From NCBI GenBank assembly GCA_022826195.1, contig JAJDVI010000091.1, forward strand, positions 26,483-90,482: a stretch of 64,000 nucleotides of DNA, in the 5' to 3' direction. Source of the DNA: Acidobacteriota bacterium. Lineage in GTDB: Bacteria > Acidobacteriota > Vicinamibacteria > Marinacidobacterales > Marinacidobacteraceae. The notes below the pieces were generated by a model, which made no database searches, was not told where the DNA came from, and worked only from the letters and a program-made list of their open reading frames with translations. Of the stretch, positions 19,289-30,600 are shown piece by piece. How positions within the stretch are numbered: the first letter of the stretch is position 1; every line of letters starts with the position of its first letter. Position numbers and translations under genes: made by a program.

Positions 19289-20122
19289 TCAGCGAATCCC
19301 CTCCAGCTGGATCCCCCGCACGAAGTACCGCTGGGTAAAGAGGAAGAGGAGCGCGATCGGGAGCGCCGCGACGACCCCCGCCACCATCTGGTACGGCCAG
19401 TTGATCTCGTACGTGGAATGGAAAGCCGCGATCCCCACCTCCACCACCCGCATCTCCATGGAGCGGGTGACGAGCAGCGGCCACATGAAGTTCTTCCAGG
19501 CGTCGATGAAGGCGAAGAGCGCCAGGGTGGCCACCGCGGGCTTCGCGAGCGGCAGCGCGACGCTCCGGAAGATCCGCCAGTGGCCGGCGCCGTCGACCCG
19601 CGCGGCATCCTCCAGTTCGCGCGGCAGCGTGCGGAAGTACTGGCGCATCAGGAAGATGCCCCACACCGAGACCAGTTCGGTCGAGACCAGGCCCCGATAG
19701 CTGTCGATCCAGCCGAGGGCGTCGATCATGAGGAAGCGGGGGATGAGCACGATGACCGCGGGGACCATCATGGTCGCCAGGAAGACCATGAACAACGCGT
19801 CGCGCCCCGGAAAATCGCAGCGGGCGAAGGCGTAGCCGGCGGTGGTGGCGGTGAACACCTGACCGGCGACCACGACCGTGGCGAAGATCAGCGAGTTCAG
19901 GAAATAGCGTCCGAACGGCTGGGCGGTCAGCGCTTCGGGATAGTTCGACCAAAGGGGCGACTCCGGGAACAGCCGGCCGGAACCGAAGACCTCCAGCTGG
20001 CCCATGAGGCTGGTGGCCGCCATCCACAGGAAGGGCGCCGCCATGGCCAGGCAGGCGAAGGCGAGCAGGAGCGCGCGGGAGAACCCGACGGCTCTTCGGG
20101 CAGCCGTCCTCGCGTCAGGCAT
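19289..20122 (-). CDS. Carbohydrate ABC transporter permease (MalG-like)
   Basis: EAA loop LPRELEDAARVDGA; W--FMWPL. Confidence 0.92.
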   Translation of the reverse strand: MPDARTAARRAVGFSRALLLAFACLAMAAPFLWMAATSLMGQLEVFGSGRLFPESPLWSNYPEALTAQPFGRYFLNSLIFATVVVAGQVFTATTAGYAFARCDFPGRDALFMVFLATMMVPAVIVLIPRFLMIDALGWIDSYRGLVSTELVSVWGIFLMRQYFRTLPRELEDAARVDGAGHWRIFRSVALPLAKPAVATLALFAFIDAWKNFMWPLLVTRSMEMRVVEVGIAAFHSTYEINWPYQMVAGVVAALPIALLFLFTQRYFVRGIQLEGIR

Positions 20123-21914
20123 GCGCGCTCCTTCTTTCGAGAAAGCGGAAGTGGAGCCAGGTGGCGGCGAAGACGACGCCGAAGAGGACCCAGCTCATCG
20201 CGGCGGCGTTGCCGAAACGGAGGAACTCCCAGGCCTCCCGGTAGATGTGGTAGACGGCGACGTCCGTCGCGCCGAGCGGTCCGCCCTCGGTCATGACGTA
20301 GACGAGGCCGAAGACCTGGAACGAACCGATCACCGACGTGACCAGCACGAAAAAGAGCGTGTGGCGCAGTCCCGGCAGCGTGACGTGCCGGAAGCGCTGC
20401 CACGGGCCGGCGCCGTCCACCCTCGCGGCGTCGTACCAAACGCGGGGGATGGCTGCCAGCCCGGCCTGAAAGACCACCATCTGGTATCCCACCACCATCC
20501 AGACGCCGATCACCATCAGGCTGACGAGTGCGACGTCCGGCGAGGAGAGCCACGCGACCGGTCCGAGCCCGATGGCGCCGAGCGCCCGGTTCGCGAGGCC
20601 GTAGCCGTCGTTGAGCAGCCACTTCCACACGACCGCGATCGCCACCACGCTCGTGATGCTGGGCAGGAACAGCGCGAGACGCGCCCAGCGGACGGCCCGC
20701 CGGGACTCCCGCGTGAGGAGCGCCAGCGAGAGCGCGACGGCCATCGCGAGCGGGACGTGCAGCGTGAAGACGGCGGTGTTGCCAACCGCCGACCACCAGG
20801 CGCCGTCGCTCAGGAGGGCGCGGTAGTTCTCGAGTCCGGCAAACGGGTGGGCAGGGTCGATCAGGCTCCAGTGGTGCAGGGAGATCCACAGCGAGAAGAG
20901 CAGGGGTCCGAAGGTGAAGACCACGAGCAAGGCTGCCGCCGGGGTGAGGAACGCCCAGGCCGCGAGGGTCCTTGAGAGGGCCCGGGGACGCGCGGCGAGG
21001 GGGAGGAGGAAGAGGACGAGCGAGACGAGAAGCGCAGACCCGAGTGCGGAGGCCATCAGCGCGACGGCCGGGGACGCCGTTTCCTCGTAGCCGAGGAAGA
21101 CGAGGTGCAGGGTGTCGTCCGGGCTTCCCGCCCGAACCGGGCGGTCCGGGGGCAGCACGATGCTGCCGCCGTGGTAGGCGGCGCCGCCGGCCGCCACGGT
21201 GTAGCGCGGGGCGGTCCGGAGGCGTGCGTCGGCGGCGATCGCCTCGCCGACCTCCCGGGGCATCGTCCAGATCCGGTCCGGCTCGTCCAGCGCCGCGCCG
21301 CTCGCCCAGGGAAGGCCGGCCACGCGGGCGGCCGCTTCGGAATCCGCACCGGACGCCCCGGCGATCTCGGCCGCGCGCAGGCCTCCGGTGAGGCGGGAGG
21401 CGCTGATGGCTTCCAGTTCCCCGCGCGCCCATTGCTGCGCGGCGACCGCGACGAGTGCGAACACCACGGCACAGAAGAGCGCGGGCGCCGCGGGAAAACG
21501 GGGCCGAGGCGGAGCAAGGCGCTGTGCCCCCGCCCACGCCGCCATGCCCAGCGCCCCGAGCAGGGCGAAAAGGGAGGCGGCCCACGGCCAGCTGCGGCCC
21601 TCGCCCCGCGGCTCGACCGCGATCCACGCGGCCGGCTCGAGCGCACCGGCCCGGTAGGCATGGACCCCCGGCCCGAACCCGCCTGCTTCCGGCGCCACGA
21701 TCCGCGCGCGACCGTCGAGGAGCGCCACCACGTCCGCCTCCGCAACCCCCGGTAGCTCGTACAGGGCGGCTGCCGCCCGGGCCTCCTCGCGGTTGCGGTG
21801 CTCCCGGGCCCCGGATGGCGCGTCCGCGGCCACCGCGAGGATCAGGGCGGTGGCCGCGGCGACCGCCCCGGCGGCCACCAGGGGGATCATGCCGGCCGCG
21901 CCCGCCCTTCTCAC
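20115..21914 (-). CDS. Carbohydrate ABC permease (MalF-like) with ~300-aa N-terminal extension
   Basis: GLENY, YDAARVDGA and SFQVF in the C-terminal half; extra membrane and extracytoplasmic segments in the N-terminal half. Confidence 0.85.
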   Translation of the reverse strand: MRRAGAAGMIPLVAAGAVAAATALILAVAADAPSGAREHRNREEARAAAALYELPGVAEADVVALLDGRARIVAPEAGGFGPGVHAYRAGALEPAAWIAVEPRGEGRSWPWAASLFALLGALGMAAWAGAQRLAPPRPRFPAAPALFCAVVFALVAVAAQQWARGELEAISASRLTGGLRAAEIAGASGADSEAAARVAGLPWASGAALDEPDRIWTMPREVGEAIAADARLRTAPRYTVAAGGAAYHGGSIVLPPDRPVRAGSPDDTLHLVFLGYEETASPAVALMASALGSALLVSLVLFLLPLAARPRALSRTLAAWAFLTPAAALLVVFTFGPLLFSLWISLHHWSLIDPAHPFAGLENYRALLSDGAWWSAVGNTAVFTLHVPLAMAVALSLALLTRESRRAVRWARLALFLPSITSVVAIAVVWKWLLNDGYGLANRALGAIGLGPVAWLSSPDVALVSLMVIGVWMVVGYQMVVFQAGLAAIPRVWYDAARVDGAGPWQRFRHVTLPGLRHTLFFVLVTSVIGSFQVFGLVYVMTEGGPLGATDVAVYHIYREAWEFLRFGNAAAMSWVLFGVVFAATWLHFRFLERRSAHA

Positions 21915-23215
21915 CGCGCCAGAACCTCGTCCACCCGGCGCGCCACCTCCGCCGCACTGAGTTCGAGCGGTTCCCCTCGCAGCAGCCGCCGATCCATGAT
22001 CTCCAGCGCCAGCCGCTCGACCCGCGAGAAGTCGCGCACGGTCGCGCCCCAGGTCACGCGGGCCCGCTCCGCCAGCGCGATGAACGCGTCCTCCACGCCC
22101 GTGGGATCGGCGGCGGCGATCTCCGCGGCGACGTCAACCCGCGTCGGGATCGCCAGACCCGAGCGCGCCCGGATCCGCTGCGCTTCGGGCGAGGCGAGGA
22201 AGCCGGCCAGGTCGATTGCCTGACGGAGGTTCGCCGCATTCGGGGGCACCGCCCACCCGGACGCGTAGAGGACGCTCGTCGCAGCCGGCTGCGACGGATG
22301 GTGCGGAATCGGCAGGATCGCCAGGTCCAGCGCGCCGGCGCGCACCAGGTCGTGGAAGAGGGGGAGCGTCCAGTGCCCGGACAGCAGGAACGCCTGTCCG
22401 CCCGAAGCGAACCGGGCTTCCCGCGCCGGGTCCGCCTGCTGGATGAACTGGGCGCCCGGCGTCAGTTTCTCCTCGGCCAGTTCGGTGAGGAAGGCGTAGG
22501 CGGAGAGCGCCGCCGGGCCGTCCAGGTAGCCCGTGGCGCGGTCCCCGCCGGGCGCGAGGATGTCTCCGCCAGCCGACCAGACGAACGGCACCCATTGGAA
22601 GAGATTGCGGGGGAAATCGAAGCCGTAGACGTCCGGCCTGCCGTCGCCGTCCCGGTCGGTGGTCACGGAACGGGCCGCGCGGCGAAAGTCCTCCCAGGTC
22701 CAGCCGCTCGCCCAGGCGCCGGTTTGCCCGACCAGGGTCCGGTCGATCCCCGCGCCCGCCAGCACCGCGCGGTTCGCGTAGATCACCATCGGAGTGAAGT
22801 CCTTGGGCAGCGCGAACAGGGCCCGCCCGCGCCGGTACGCCTCGAGGACCTGCGGGAAGACCCGGTCGGCCCGAAAGTCCAGCGCCTCCTGGTAGGGCGT
22901 CAGGTCCACCGCCAGTCCCCGGTCCACGAACGTGGGGATGTCGGGCGAGTCGAGGAGGTACACGTCGGGGGGGTGGCCCGCCGCGATGGAGGTGAGGAGA
23001 CGCTCCTCGTATCCGTTCGGCGCGGACTCGAGAAGGACGCGCGTCCCCGGGCGCAACGCCTCGTAGCGATCGGCGACCTGCTGCTCGATCTCGAGTTCGA
23101 AACCGCCGGCCCAAAGGGCGACCCGAAGGGTGGTGACGCCGGGCGAGACGCCGGAACCCGCGGGGAAACAGGCGACGGCGGCGAGGGACAGGGCGGCCGG
23201 GATGAGGACCCTCAT
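21911..23215 (-). CDS. Sugar ABC substrate-binding lipoprotein
   Basis: Lipobox AAVAC; PPDV, YANR, WTWEDF and DRDGDG motifs. Confidence 0.88.
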   Translation of the reverse strand: MRVLIPAALSLAAVACFPAGSGVSPGVTTLRVALWAGGFELEIEQQVADRYEALRPGTRVLLESAPNGYEERLLTSIAAGHPPDVYLLDSPDIPTFVDRGLAVDLTPYQEALDFRADRVFPQVLEAYRRGRALFALPKDFTPMVIYANRAVLAGAGIDRTLVGQTGAWASGWTWEDFRRAARSVTTDRDGDGRPDVYGFDFPRNLFQWVPFVWSAGGDILAPGGDRATGYLDGPAALSAYAFLTELAEEKLTPGAQFIQQADPAREARFASGGQAFLLSGHWTLPLFHDLVRAGALDLAILPIPHHPSQPAATSVLYASGWAVPPNAANLRQAIDLAGFLASPEAQRIRARSGLAIPTRVDVAAEIAAADPTGVEDAFIALAERARVTWGATVRDFSRVERLALEIMDRRLLRGEPLELSAAEVARRVDEVLAR

Positions 23216-24324
23216 GGACGCGAACCCCGAACCGGCCGGGACGCCGCCCCGATCCGGCCGCCGTCGGCGCCGAAAAGATGCGTCCGCTCCCACGCAACCG
23301 AGACCGCCACCCGGTCGCCGGCGGTGACGTGTAGCGCGGACGGCGCCCGCGCCACCCAGGCGGCATCGCCCGGTCCGTCGAGGTGGATCCGCTGTTCGCT
23401 GCCGAGCGACTCGACGCGCAGCGCGGTTGCGGTGAAGTCGGGGTTCGAGCCGGGGTCAGGCGGGGCGACGACGGCGAGCGCGAGGTCCTCGGGCCGGACC
23501 CCCAACGTGGCTTCGCGGTGGGGCGAGGCTCCCGGGAAGACGAACGGGCCGCCCGCGAGGCGCCCTTCCCGGTCGCGGACCACGGGAAGCCGGTTCATGG
23601 GCGGCGATCCCACGAAGCCCGCCACGAAGAGGTTGGCGGGTCTTCGGTAAACCTCGTGGGGCGTCCCCACCTGCTGCACCCGGCCGTGGTCCATCACCGC
23701 AACCCGCTGGCCGAGCGAGAGCGCCTCGACCTGGTCGTGGGTGACGAAGATCATGGTCGTGCCGAGGCGGCGGTGGAGCGCCGCGATCTCGTCGCGGGTC
23801 TGGAGCCGCAGCGCGGCGTCCAGGTTCGACAGCGGCTCGTCGAAGAGAAAGACGCCGGGATCGCGCACCATCGCCCGTCCCAGCGCCACCCGCTGCTGCT
23901 GTCCTCCCGAGAGTTGGCCGGGACGCCGCGACAGGAGCCCCCGGAGCCCCAGCACGCCGGCAACCTCGTTCACGCGCGCCTCGGTCGCGGCCGTATCCGC
24001 GCCCCGCACCCGGAGGCCGAAGCCCAGGTTCCCGGCGACGGTCATGTGCGGGTAGAGGGCGTAGCTCTGAAAGACCATCGCCACGTCGCGGCCGCCCGGC
24101 GCGACGTCATCCACGCACCGGTCCCCGATCCACACCTCCCCGGCGTCCCGCTCCTCGAGACCGGCGATGAGGCGCAGCAGCGTGCTCTTGCCGCACCCCG
24201 AAGGACCCACCAGCACCATCAGCTCGCCGGGGCGGATCTCGAGATCGACGTCCGCCACGGCCGTGACGTCCCCGAAACGCTTCCGGATGCCCTTCAGCAC
24301 CACTGCCCGCGGCTCGCGCGTCAT
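23212..24324 (-). CDS. Sugar ABC ATPase (MalK/UgpC family)
   Basis: GPSGCGKS, LSGGQQQR, FLFDEPLSNLD and VTHDQ. Confidence 0.95.
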   Translation of the reverse strand: MTREPRAVVLKGIRKRFGDVTAVADVDLEIRPGELMVLVGPSGCGKSTLLRLIAGLEERDAGEVWIGDRCVDDVAPGGRDVAMVFQSYALYPHMTVAGNLGFGLRVRGADTAATEARVNEVAGVLGLRGLLSRRPGQLSGGQQQRVALGRAMVRDPGVFLFDEPLSNLDAALRLQTRDEIAALHRRLGTTMIFVTHDQVEALSLGQRVAVMDHGRVQQVGTPHEVYRRPANLFVAGFVGSPPMNRLPVVRDREGRLAGGPFVFPGASPHREATLGVRPEDLALAVVAPPDPGSNPDFTATALRVESLGSEQRIHLDGPGDAAWVARAPSALHVTAGDRVAVSVAWERTHLFGADGGRIGAASRPVRGSRP

Positions 24325-26531
24325 GGCCGCCGGCCCTCCCCCCGCCGGTTCAACGTCTCCCACTCCACCCGGAGCGTCCGTCCCCGGGGCCCCTCGTGCC
24401 GGGTTCCATCCACGGCCAGCGAGATCCGGCCGTCGTCGAGGTCGACGGTGACGCGGCGCCCGCGGGCGCTCACCGGCCCCAGCCGCACCGGAGACAGCTC
24501 GTGCGGCAGCGGCCGCACCTCGACGGCTTCCTCGTCGAAGTGGAGCCCGGCGATCCCCCGGGCGAGCAGGTCCAGCACCCACGAGTGCTGGTAGTCGTCG
24601 ATGCCGCGGAAGTGGCAGGCCCGGCCGGTATAGGGGTGGTAGTGCTCGAAGGCGTTGGGGCGGCGCGGGTCGCCGTCTTCGAACATCAGGCGCACGAAGC
24701 GGAGGAGCCGGTCGGCGGCCAGCTCGCCGGCGCGCCCGTTCCCCCGCCGCCAGCAGCGCAGCAGTCCTTCGATCACGTGGCTGGTCGTCATCGGCCACAC
24801 CCGGCCGTTCCACGGGCAGTTGCGCCGCTTGCCCCGCCAGATCCCCTCGGCGGAGAAACGGGGGTCGTCCACGCTGGAGGACGGCACCGGAAAGGGGGTG
24901 CCGAAGGTCCGCGGGTTCTCGAGGTGGTCCATCAGGGCGTCGAGGCGGGAGCCGTCCACCAGGCCGGCCAGCATCGGGTAGAAACCCACGGCGGCCTTGA
25001 CGCCGGTACGCTCGAAGGTGCGTCCGTCCACGTCGGTGAAGAAGCGCGCCTCGGGGCACCACATGCGCTCCGTGATCGCGGCCCCGCAACGTAGCTGGAG
25101 CGCCCGCCAGTCGGAGGCGTCCCCCGGCCGCCCGACTCGCCCGGCGAGCCTCGCGAGCGCGCGGAAGAGCTGGTGCGCATAGACCGTCACGTCGATGCCC
25201 TTGAGGCAGAGGCGCGGCCCCCAGCCGCGCACGTCCGCCTCCGGGTCCACCGCCAGGTACCGCGACATGTACTCCTGCCCGGTCTCGAAGTGGTTCACGA
25301 CGGTGAACATGCCCGAGCCCTCGGGATCGCGCGAACGGTCCAGCCAGCGGGCGTAGCGGGACAGCCCGTCGTAGCAGCGCGCCAGGGCCGCGGGGTCGGG
25401 GTGCATCGCGTCCACCGCGAGCAGGGCGTCGCCCCAGTTCGCGTGGTAGAAGTCGGTGCGTTCGAGGTGGTTCGGGTAGAGCCGTCCGTGAAGCGAGCCG
25501 TCCTCCTTCTGGTTGTCGAGGAAGTTGAGGAGCGATCCCCACGCCTCGCGGCCGCCGGCGCGCCAGCGCATCTCCATCATGTGGCACTGGGCGCTGTAGG
25601 TGATCGGGACGTGGAAGTACTCGATTCCCTCCGCGATGCAGGGCTGGCGCACGTTGCCCGAGCGGCCCTCGATGCGGTTGAGGCCCAGGCCGTAGATGCG
25701 GTAGTCGAAGGTGCGATCGAGATGGGCGTCGCCGCAGGTGAAAGCGGGGAAGCCGGCGAAGAAGGACTCCCAGGAGAGGTGATCGGCCTCGACGCGGCTC
25801 CCTTGCCAGGGTGGTTCGGACAGCCGTGGGTCGAGACGCATGCGGAGCGAGAGGGGCGCCTGGCCGGACGCGGGAACCGGGAACGCCACCGCCACCCAGA
25901 GCCAGCCGCTCCGAGCGTTGGCCGGCTCGAGGATGCCGCCCGCGTCGTCGACGTCCCCGGTCTCCCCTTCCGCGAACGGAGACGCGGTCCAATCGGGCCG
26001 CGCACCGCCCTCGGAGAAAAGAACCCGGCGCCACATGGGGGTGCCGGACCCGCCGATCTCGATCCCCACCGACAGCTTCTGTCCGGCCCGGTCGGCGAGG
26101 CGCCGCACCCAGCGCAGGCCTCCGGAGGACGGCTCCAGCTCGCACACCGAGACTGCCGGCTGGGCCGTGAACGCGACCAGGAACCCCGCGGCCGCTCCGG
26201 GCGGGAGCGCCCAGGCGCTCTCGAGGACGCCGCCGGGGAGGACCTGCCGGGTCTCGACCGCCGGCTCGCCCTGCCCGGTCCGCCACTCGGCGACGAGCAT
26301 GTCCGGTCGCCAGCGGAGTCCGTCAGGCCCCGCCGACAGCGGAATCTCCGCGCCCGAACCGTCCAGCAGGGCCACCGAAAAACAGGGTCCCGTCTCGTAC
26401 TGCAGCAGATGGGCCCCGTCCCAGAATCCGGGCCGGTGCAGCCAGCGGGGGAACGGCGGGGCCCAGAGCAGACCGTCGAGTCCCCCCAGGTACCACTTGT
26501 CGGGCCGGGCGAGGGCTTCGATGCGGTCCAC
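24321..26531 (-). CDS. Trehalase/GH63-like (alpha/alpha)6 glycoside hydrolase
   Basis: ETGQE, WNGRVWP and FEHYHP in the C-terminal barrel. Confidence 0.72.
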   Translation of the reverse strand: MDRIEALARPDKWYLGGLDGLLWAPPFPRWLHRPGFWDGAHLLQYETGPCFSVALLDGSGAEIPLSAGPDGLRWRPDMLVAEWRTGQGEPAVETRQVLPGGVLESAWALPPGAAAGFLVAFTAQPAVSVCELEPSSGGLRWVRRLADRAGQKLSVGIEIGGSGTPMWRRVLFSEGGARPDWTASPFAEGETGDVDDAGGILEPANARSGWLWVAVAFPVPASGQAPLSLRMRLDPRLSEPPWQGSRVEADHLSWESFFAGFPAFTCGDAHLDRTFDYRIYGLGLNRIEGRSGNVRQPCIAEGIEYFHVPITYSAQCHMMEMRWRAGGREAWGSLLNFLDNQKEDGSLHGRLYPNHLERTDFYHANWGDALLAVDAMHPDPAALARCYDGLSRYARWLDRSRDPEGSGMFTVVNHFETGQEYMSRYLAVDPEADVRGWGPRLCLKGIDVTVYAHQLFRALARLAGRVGRPGDASDWRALQLRCGAAITERMWCPEARFFTDVDGRTFERTGVKAAVGFYPMLAGLVDGSRLDALMDHLENPRTFGTPFPVPSSSVDDPRFSAEGIWRGKRRNCPWNGRVWPMTTSHVIEGLLRCWRRGNGRAGELAADRLLRFVRLMFEDGDPRRPNAFEHYHPYTGRACHFRGIDDYQHSWVLDLLARGIAGLHFDEEAVEVRPLPHELSPVRLGPVSARGRRVTVDLDDGRISLAVDGTRHEGPRGRTLRVEWETLNRRGEGRRP

Positions 26532-26614
26532 GCTGGTCAGGGGATCGCCATGATACGGCGGCCCACCAACAGCCCTGATGGCGCCGGCTTGGAACGCCGG
26601 GGACGCCGCCCGGA

Positions 26615-27616
26615 TCAGGAGGACTCGCGGCCGCGGAACCAGTTCACGGTCTCGAGGAGCGTGACGCGGCCATCGCGCGGGTCGTGGCCCAGTTCGCGCG
26701 TCGCCTTTTCGGAACTGAAATACCAGTAGCAGGCCGCCATTTCCCGGCTGATGCGGTCCACTGCCGGCTCACGTCCGACCTGGCGCGCGACCTCCTCGGT
26801 GAGCAGGGCGCCCGCCGTGTAGAGACCGCGCGCGAGCCGCAGGCGCGGCGCGGGCGAACCGGACACCTCCGCGAGACGGGCGAAGAAGTCCGCGAAGCTC
26901 CAGTTGTGCCCGCCGAGCAGGTAGCGCTGGCCGCTCCGGCCCTTCGCCATGGCGGCCACCACCCCGGCCGCCGCATCCCGGACATCCACGAAGTTCAGCC
27001 CGCCCGGCGGAATCACGCTGAGCTGGCCGGACAGGAAGCGCAGCACGTCCCCCGTCGAAGACAGCCGCTCGTCCCCGGGACCGAGGAGCAGCGACGGGTT
27101 CACGATCACCACCTCGATGTCGCCGGCGTCGGCGAGCAGCGCGCGCTCCTGCAACCACTTGCTCCGGTAGTAGGGCCAGCGCCCGATCAGCTCGATGGGA
27201 ACGGGCGCCGTCTCGTCGCAGTCGGGTTCCGGATCGCGCGAGACCGCGACGGTCCCGCTGGTGGACACGAGCAGGATCCGCTCCACCCCCGCCCGCCGGG
27301 CAGCGGCCGCCAGCGTGCGGGCGCCGCCCACGTGAACCCGCTGGAGACTGGCGGCCGCATCCGGATCGCGGGAGACCCGTCCGGCGAGGTGGAAGACCCG
27401 CCGGACGCCCTCGAGCGCCTCCTCCAGCCCCGCTCCCGAGACCACGTCGCCGACCACGACCTCCACGCCGCGGGCCGAGAGTCCGGGCGCGGGCTGGCGG
27501 GCGAGCACGCGGACGGGCTCGTCTTCCTCGAGCAGCAGCGGCAGCAGGTGGCTGCCGAGAAAGCCGGTCGCGCCGGTGACCAATACCGGAGCGGTCCCGG
27601 AAGTCGCTTCGGTCAC
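26615..27616 (-). CDS. elbE: NAD-dependent epimerase/dehydratase (ElbE-like)
   Basis: GATGFLG and YYRSK; directly downstream of elbD. Confidence 0.75.
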   Translation of the reverse strand: MTEATSGTAPVLVTGATGFLGSHLLPLLLEEDEPVRVLARQPAPGLSARGVEVVVGDVVSGAGLEEALEGVRRVFHLAGRVSRDPDAAASLQRVHVGGARTLAAAARRAGVERILLVSTSGTVAVSRDPEPDCDETAPVPIELIGRWPYYRSKWLQERALLADAGDIEVVIVNPSLLLGPGDERLSSTGDVLRFLSGQLSVIPPGGLNFVDVRDAAAGVVAAMAKGRSGQRYLLGGHNWSFADFFARLAEVSGSPAPRLRLARGLYTAGALLTEEVARQVGREPAVDRISREMAACYWYFSSEKATRELGHDPRDGRVTLLETVNWFRGRESS

Positions 27617-27620
27617 GCGT

Positions 27621-30600
27621 TCAGCCTACCGGCGTCGGATCGGGCACCCGGTCGTTCGCCGGCGAACCGGCGGCATGTCGGGATTCCGCGCCGGCGGGCT
27701 CGGCGGCTTCGAGGATGCGCGCCGCCTCCTCCTCGAGCTGGATCGGTTCCTGACGCCCCAGACGCTCGACCATGGTCTGGACGAGCGCGGTCACCCGCGC
27801 CTCCGCAACCGCGGCCCGGACCCCTTCCCCACCGAAGCGGAGCAGGAAATCGTGGGAGAGGAACGGCCCGATCCGCGCCGCCACGGTGCGCGCACGGAGC
27901 CCGACGGCGCCGGGAGGGAACGCTCCCCAGGTGTCGAGATGGATCGGCAGGACGCCGACCCGGCAGCGGTACGCCAGGTGCGCGAACCCGCGCCGGAACT
28001 TCTGGATCTGCCCGCTCCGGGATCTGGTTCCCTCCGGAAACACCAGCACGCTGTAGCCCTGGTGCAGATACCCCGCGGCCCGGTCCAGCGACTCGCGGAG
28101 CGAGCCGCGGCGTTCCATCGGGACGAGGTTGGTGAAGTTGCCGAAGAAGGTGCGTTTCACCCGGTTGTCGAAGAAGTAGTCGGCGGCGGCCAGGGCCAGC
28201 AGGTTCGAGCCCGCGTCTCCGAGCGCCATCTTCACGAGTCCCATGTCGAGATGGGAACCGTGGTTCGCCACCACCAGGTAGTTCGTGTGGTTCGGGACGT
28301 GCGCCCGGCCCGTGAAGGTCGGCTCCAGCACCTGGTGGTAGAACCAGTGCTGGACCTCGGTCAGCGCCGCGCGACCGGCCTTGGCCACGGCCGGCGGAAT
28401 CTCGATCTCGTCCTCCTCGCGCTTCTTCCGGGACTCGCCGCGGCGCGGACGGCGGCCCCGGACGCCCCCCGGGGGCGCCCGCATGGCGAGCACCAGTTCC
28501 TCGATGGTGGCCATGTTGGCAAGCGCTTCGGGAGCCGCCGACTCGCCGAACTCGGCGTCGAGCCCGGCCGCGAGTTCGTTGTACATGAGGCTGTCGAAGC
28601 CCAGCTCGGCAAAGGAGGACGACGTCCGGATCTCCGAAACCGGACGCTCGCAGATGGAGGCGATCAGTTCGAGAATCCGGTTCCCCGAGGCGGCCTCCTC
28701 GCCGGATTCGGCGGCCGCCTCGCGGCGCCGGTCGCGCAGCCAGTGCACCAGCTCGCCGCGTTTCACCTTGCGGGTGGCCGTCCGGGGAAGCGCCTCGTCC
28801 GAGAACTCGACGGTCTTGATCCGCTTGTGCAGCGGCAGCCGGGACGAAACGGACCGGAAGTGGGTCTCGACGCGCTGCCGCCCTTCCGGGGTCTTTTCCT
28901 TCGGGACCACCACCGCCGCCACCTGCTCGGCCATTCCGTCGGGAAGTCCCACAACGGCGAGTTCGGCGATCAGGTCCGGCGCGGCATAGATCTCCTCCAC
29001 CTCGTCCGGGTAGATGTTCTTGCCCCCGCTGTCCACGATCACGTCCTTGCGGCGGCCGACGAGGAAGAGGTGTCCCTGCTCATCGAGGCGCCCCAGGTCG
29101 CCCGTGTAGAGCCAGCCGTCGCGCAGCGCTTCCGCCGTCGCCTCCTCGTTTCCGTAGTACCCGGCCATGACGTTCGGGCCCTTCGCCGCGACCTCGCCGA
29201 CCCCCGAAGCGTCGGGGTCCACGATGCGGATCTCGATCCCGGGAAGCGCCTTGCCGACGCTGCCGATGGGAACGGGGCCGTCCGGCGAGGTCACCGTCAG
29301 CACGGGCGCCGCTTCCGTGAGCCCGTAGCCCTGGGCGATGTGGAACCCGAGGCCCCGGAACGCCTTCCAGGTCGCCTCGGAGAGCGCGGACGCGCCGCTG
29401 ATCAGATAGCGGATCCTGCCTCCCAGCGCGGTGTGGACCGGCAGGAAGACCGCGGGCCCGACGTTGACTCCGGTGTCCTCCCGAAGGAGGTGCGCCGCGT
29501 CGATCAGGGCGGTGGCGAGGTCCTCAGCCCGCTGCGACCGGTCCGCGAAGGGCGCCAGGATGCGCCGCCGCAGGAGATCCCACAGCGCCGGCACTCCCAC
29601 GATGCAGGTGGTGTGCCCCTTCTGCAGTTCCGTGTTGATGGCTTCGGGGCCGATCTCTTCCAGATAGGCGATCTGGGCGCCCCGGGACAGCGGCAGCAGG
29701 AAGCCGGTGGTGAACTCGAAGGAATGGTGCAGCGGCAGGATGCTGAGCGCGCCGTCCTTTTCGCCGATGTCGTAGACCGACAGCAGCTTGGCCACCAGCG
29801 AGGTGAAGTTCCGATGCGTCAGCATCACGCCCTTGGGTGTGCCGGTCGTTCCGGAGGTGAACAGGATGGAGGCCAGCGCCGTCGGGCTGGTACGGACGGC
29901 CCTTGGAGGGGCCGCCTCTCCGTCCTCCGTTTCTCCCATCGCGAAGACGTCCCGGAACGGATGGGCGGCGGCGGGTGGCGCGGCGCCGTTGTCGCTGGAG
30001 AGCCCGGCGTGCCGCTCGAACAGCGCGTCGCTCATCAGGACCGCCCTGGCGTCCCCGAGCCGGAGCAGCCGGACGATTTCCTCGCGGCGCAGGTCGCGTT
30101 CGAGCGGGATGGCGGTCGCCCCGATCCGCTGGATGGCGAAGTACGCCATGCCCCACTCGGGGGAGTTCTCGCCGATCAGCCCGACGTGATCGCCGGCGGC
30201 GAGCCCCCGGGCGGCCAGGAACGCGGCCCCCCGGAGCACGCACTCCCGGAGATCGGCGTAGGTGTAGCGCTCCTCCCGGCCGCCGCGGGTGATCCGCATC
30301 GCGACCCTTCCGGCGTGGTTCTTCGTGCAGGCCTCGAACAGCTCGTTGATCGTCCGGTAGGTGTAGACGCGTTTCTGCGCGCGGCGCTGGCCGCGCTCCT
30401 GGTCCTCGAGCGCCGGGAACACCCACTTCTCGAGGCCCGGCAGGTGGACGTGGAGCCAGTAGTCGTACCAGTCGATCTCCTCGGGATTGAAGAAGAGCTT
30501 TCCGTCGTTGCCGTCGAGCCGGGAGAAAAGGTCGTGGGTGTTGTCGGCGCGGAAGATGAACTCCTCGCCGGCGATGAAGGGCCGGAACGTGTGGTACTGC

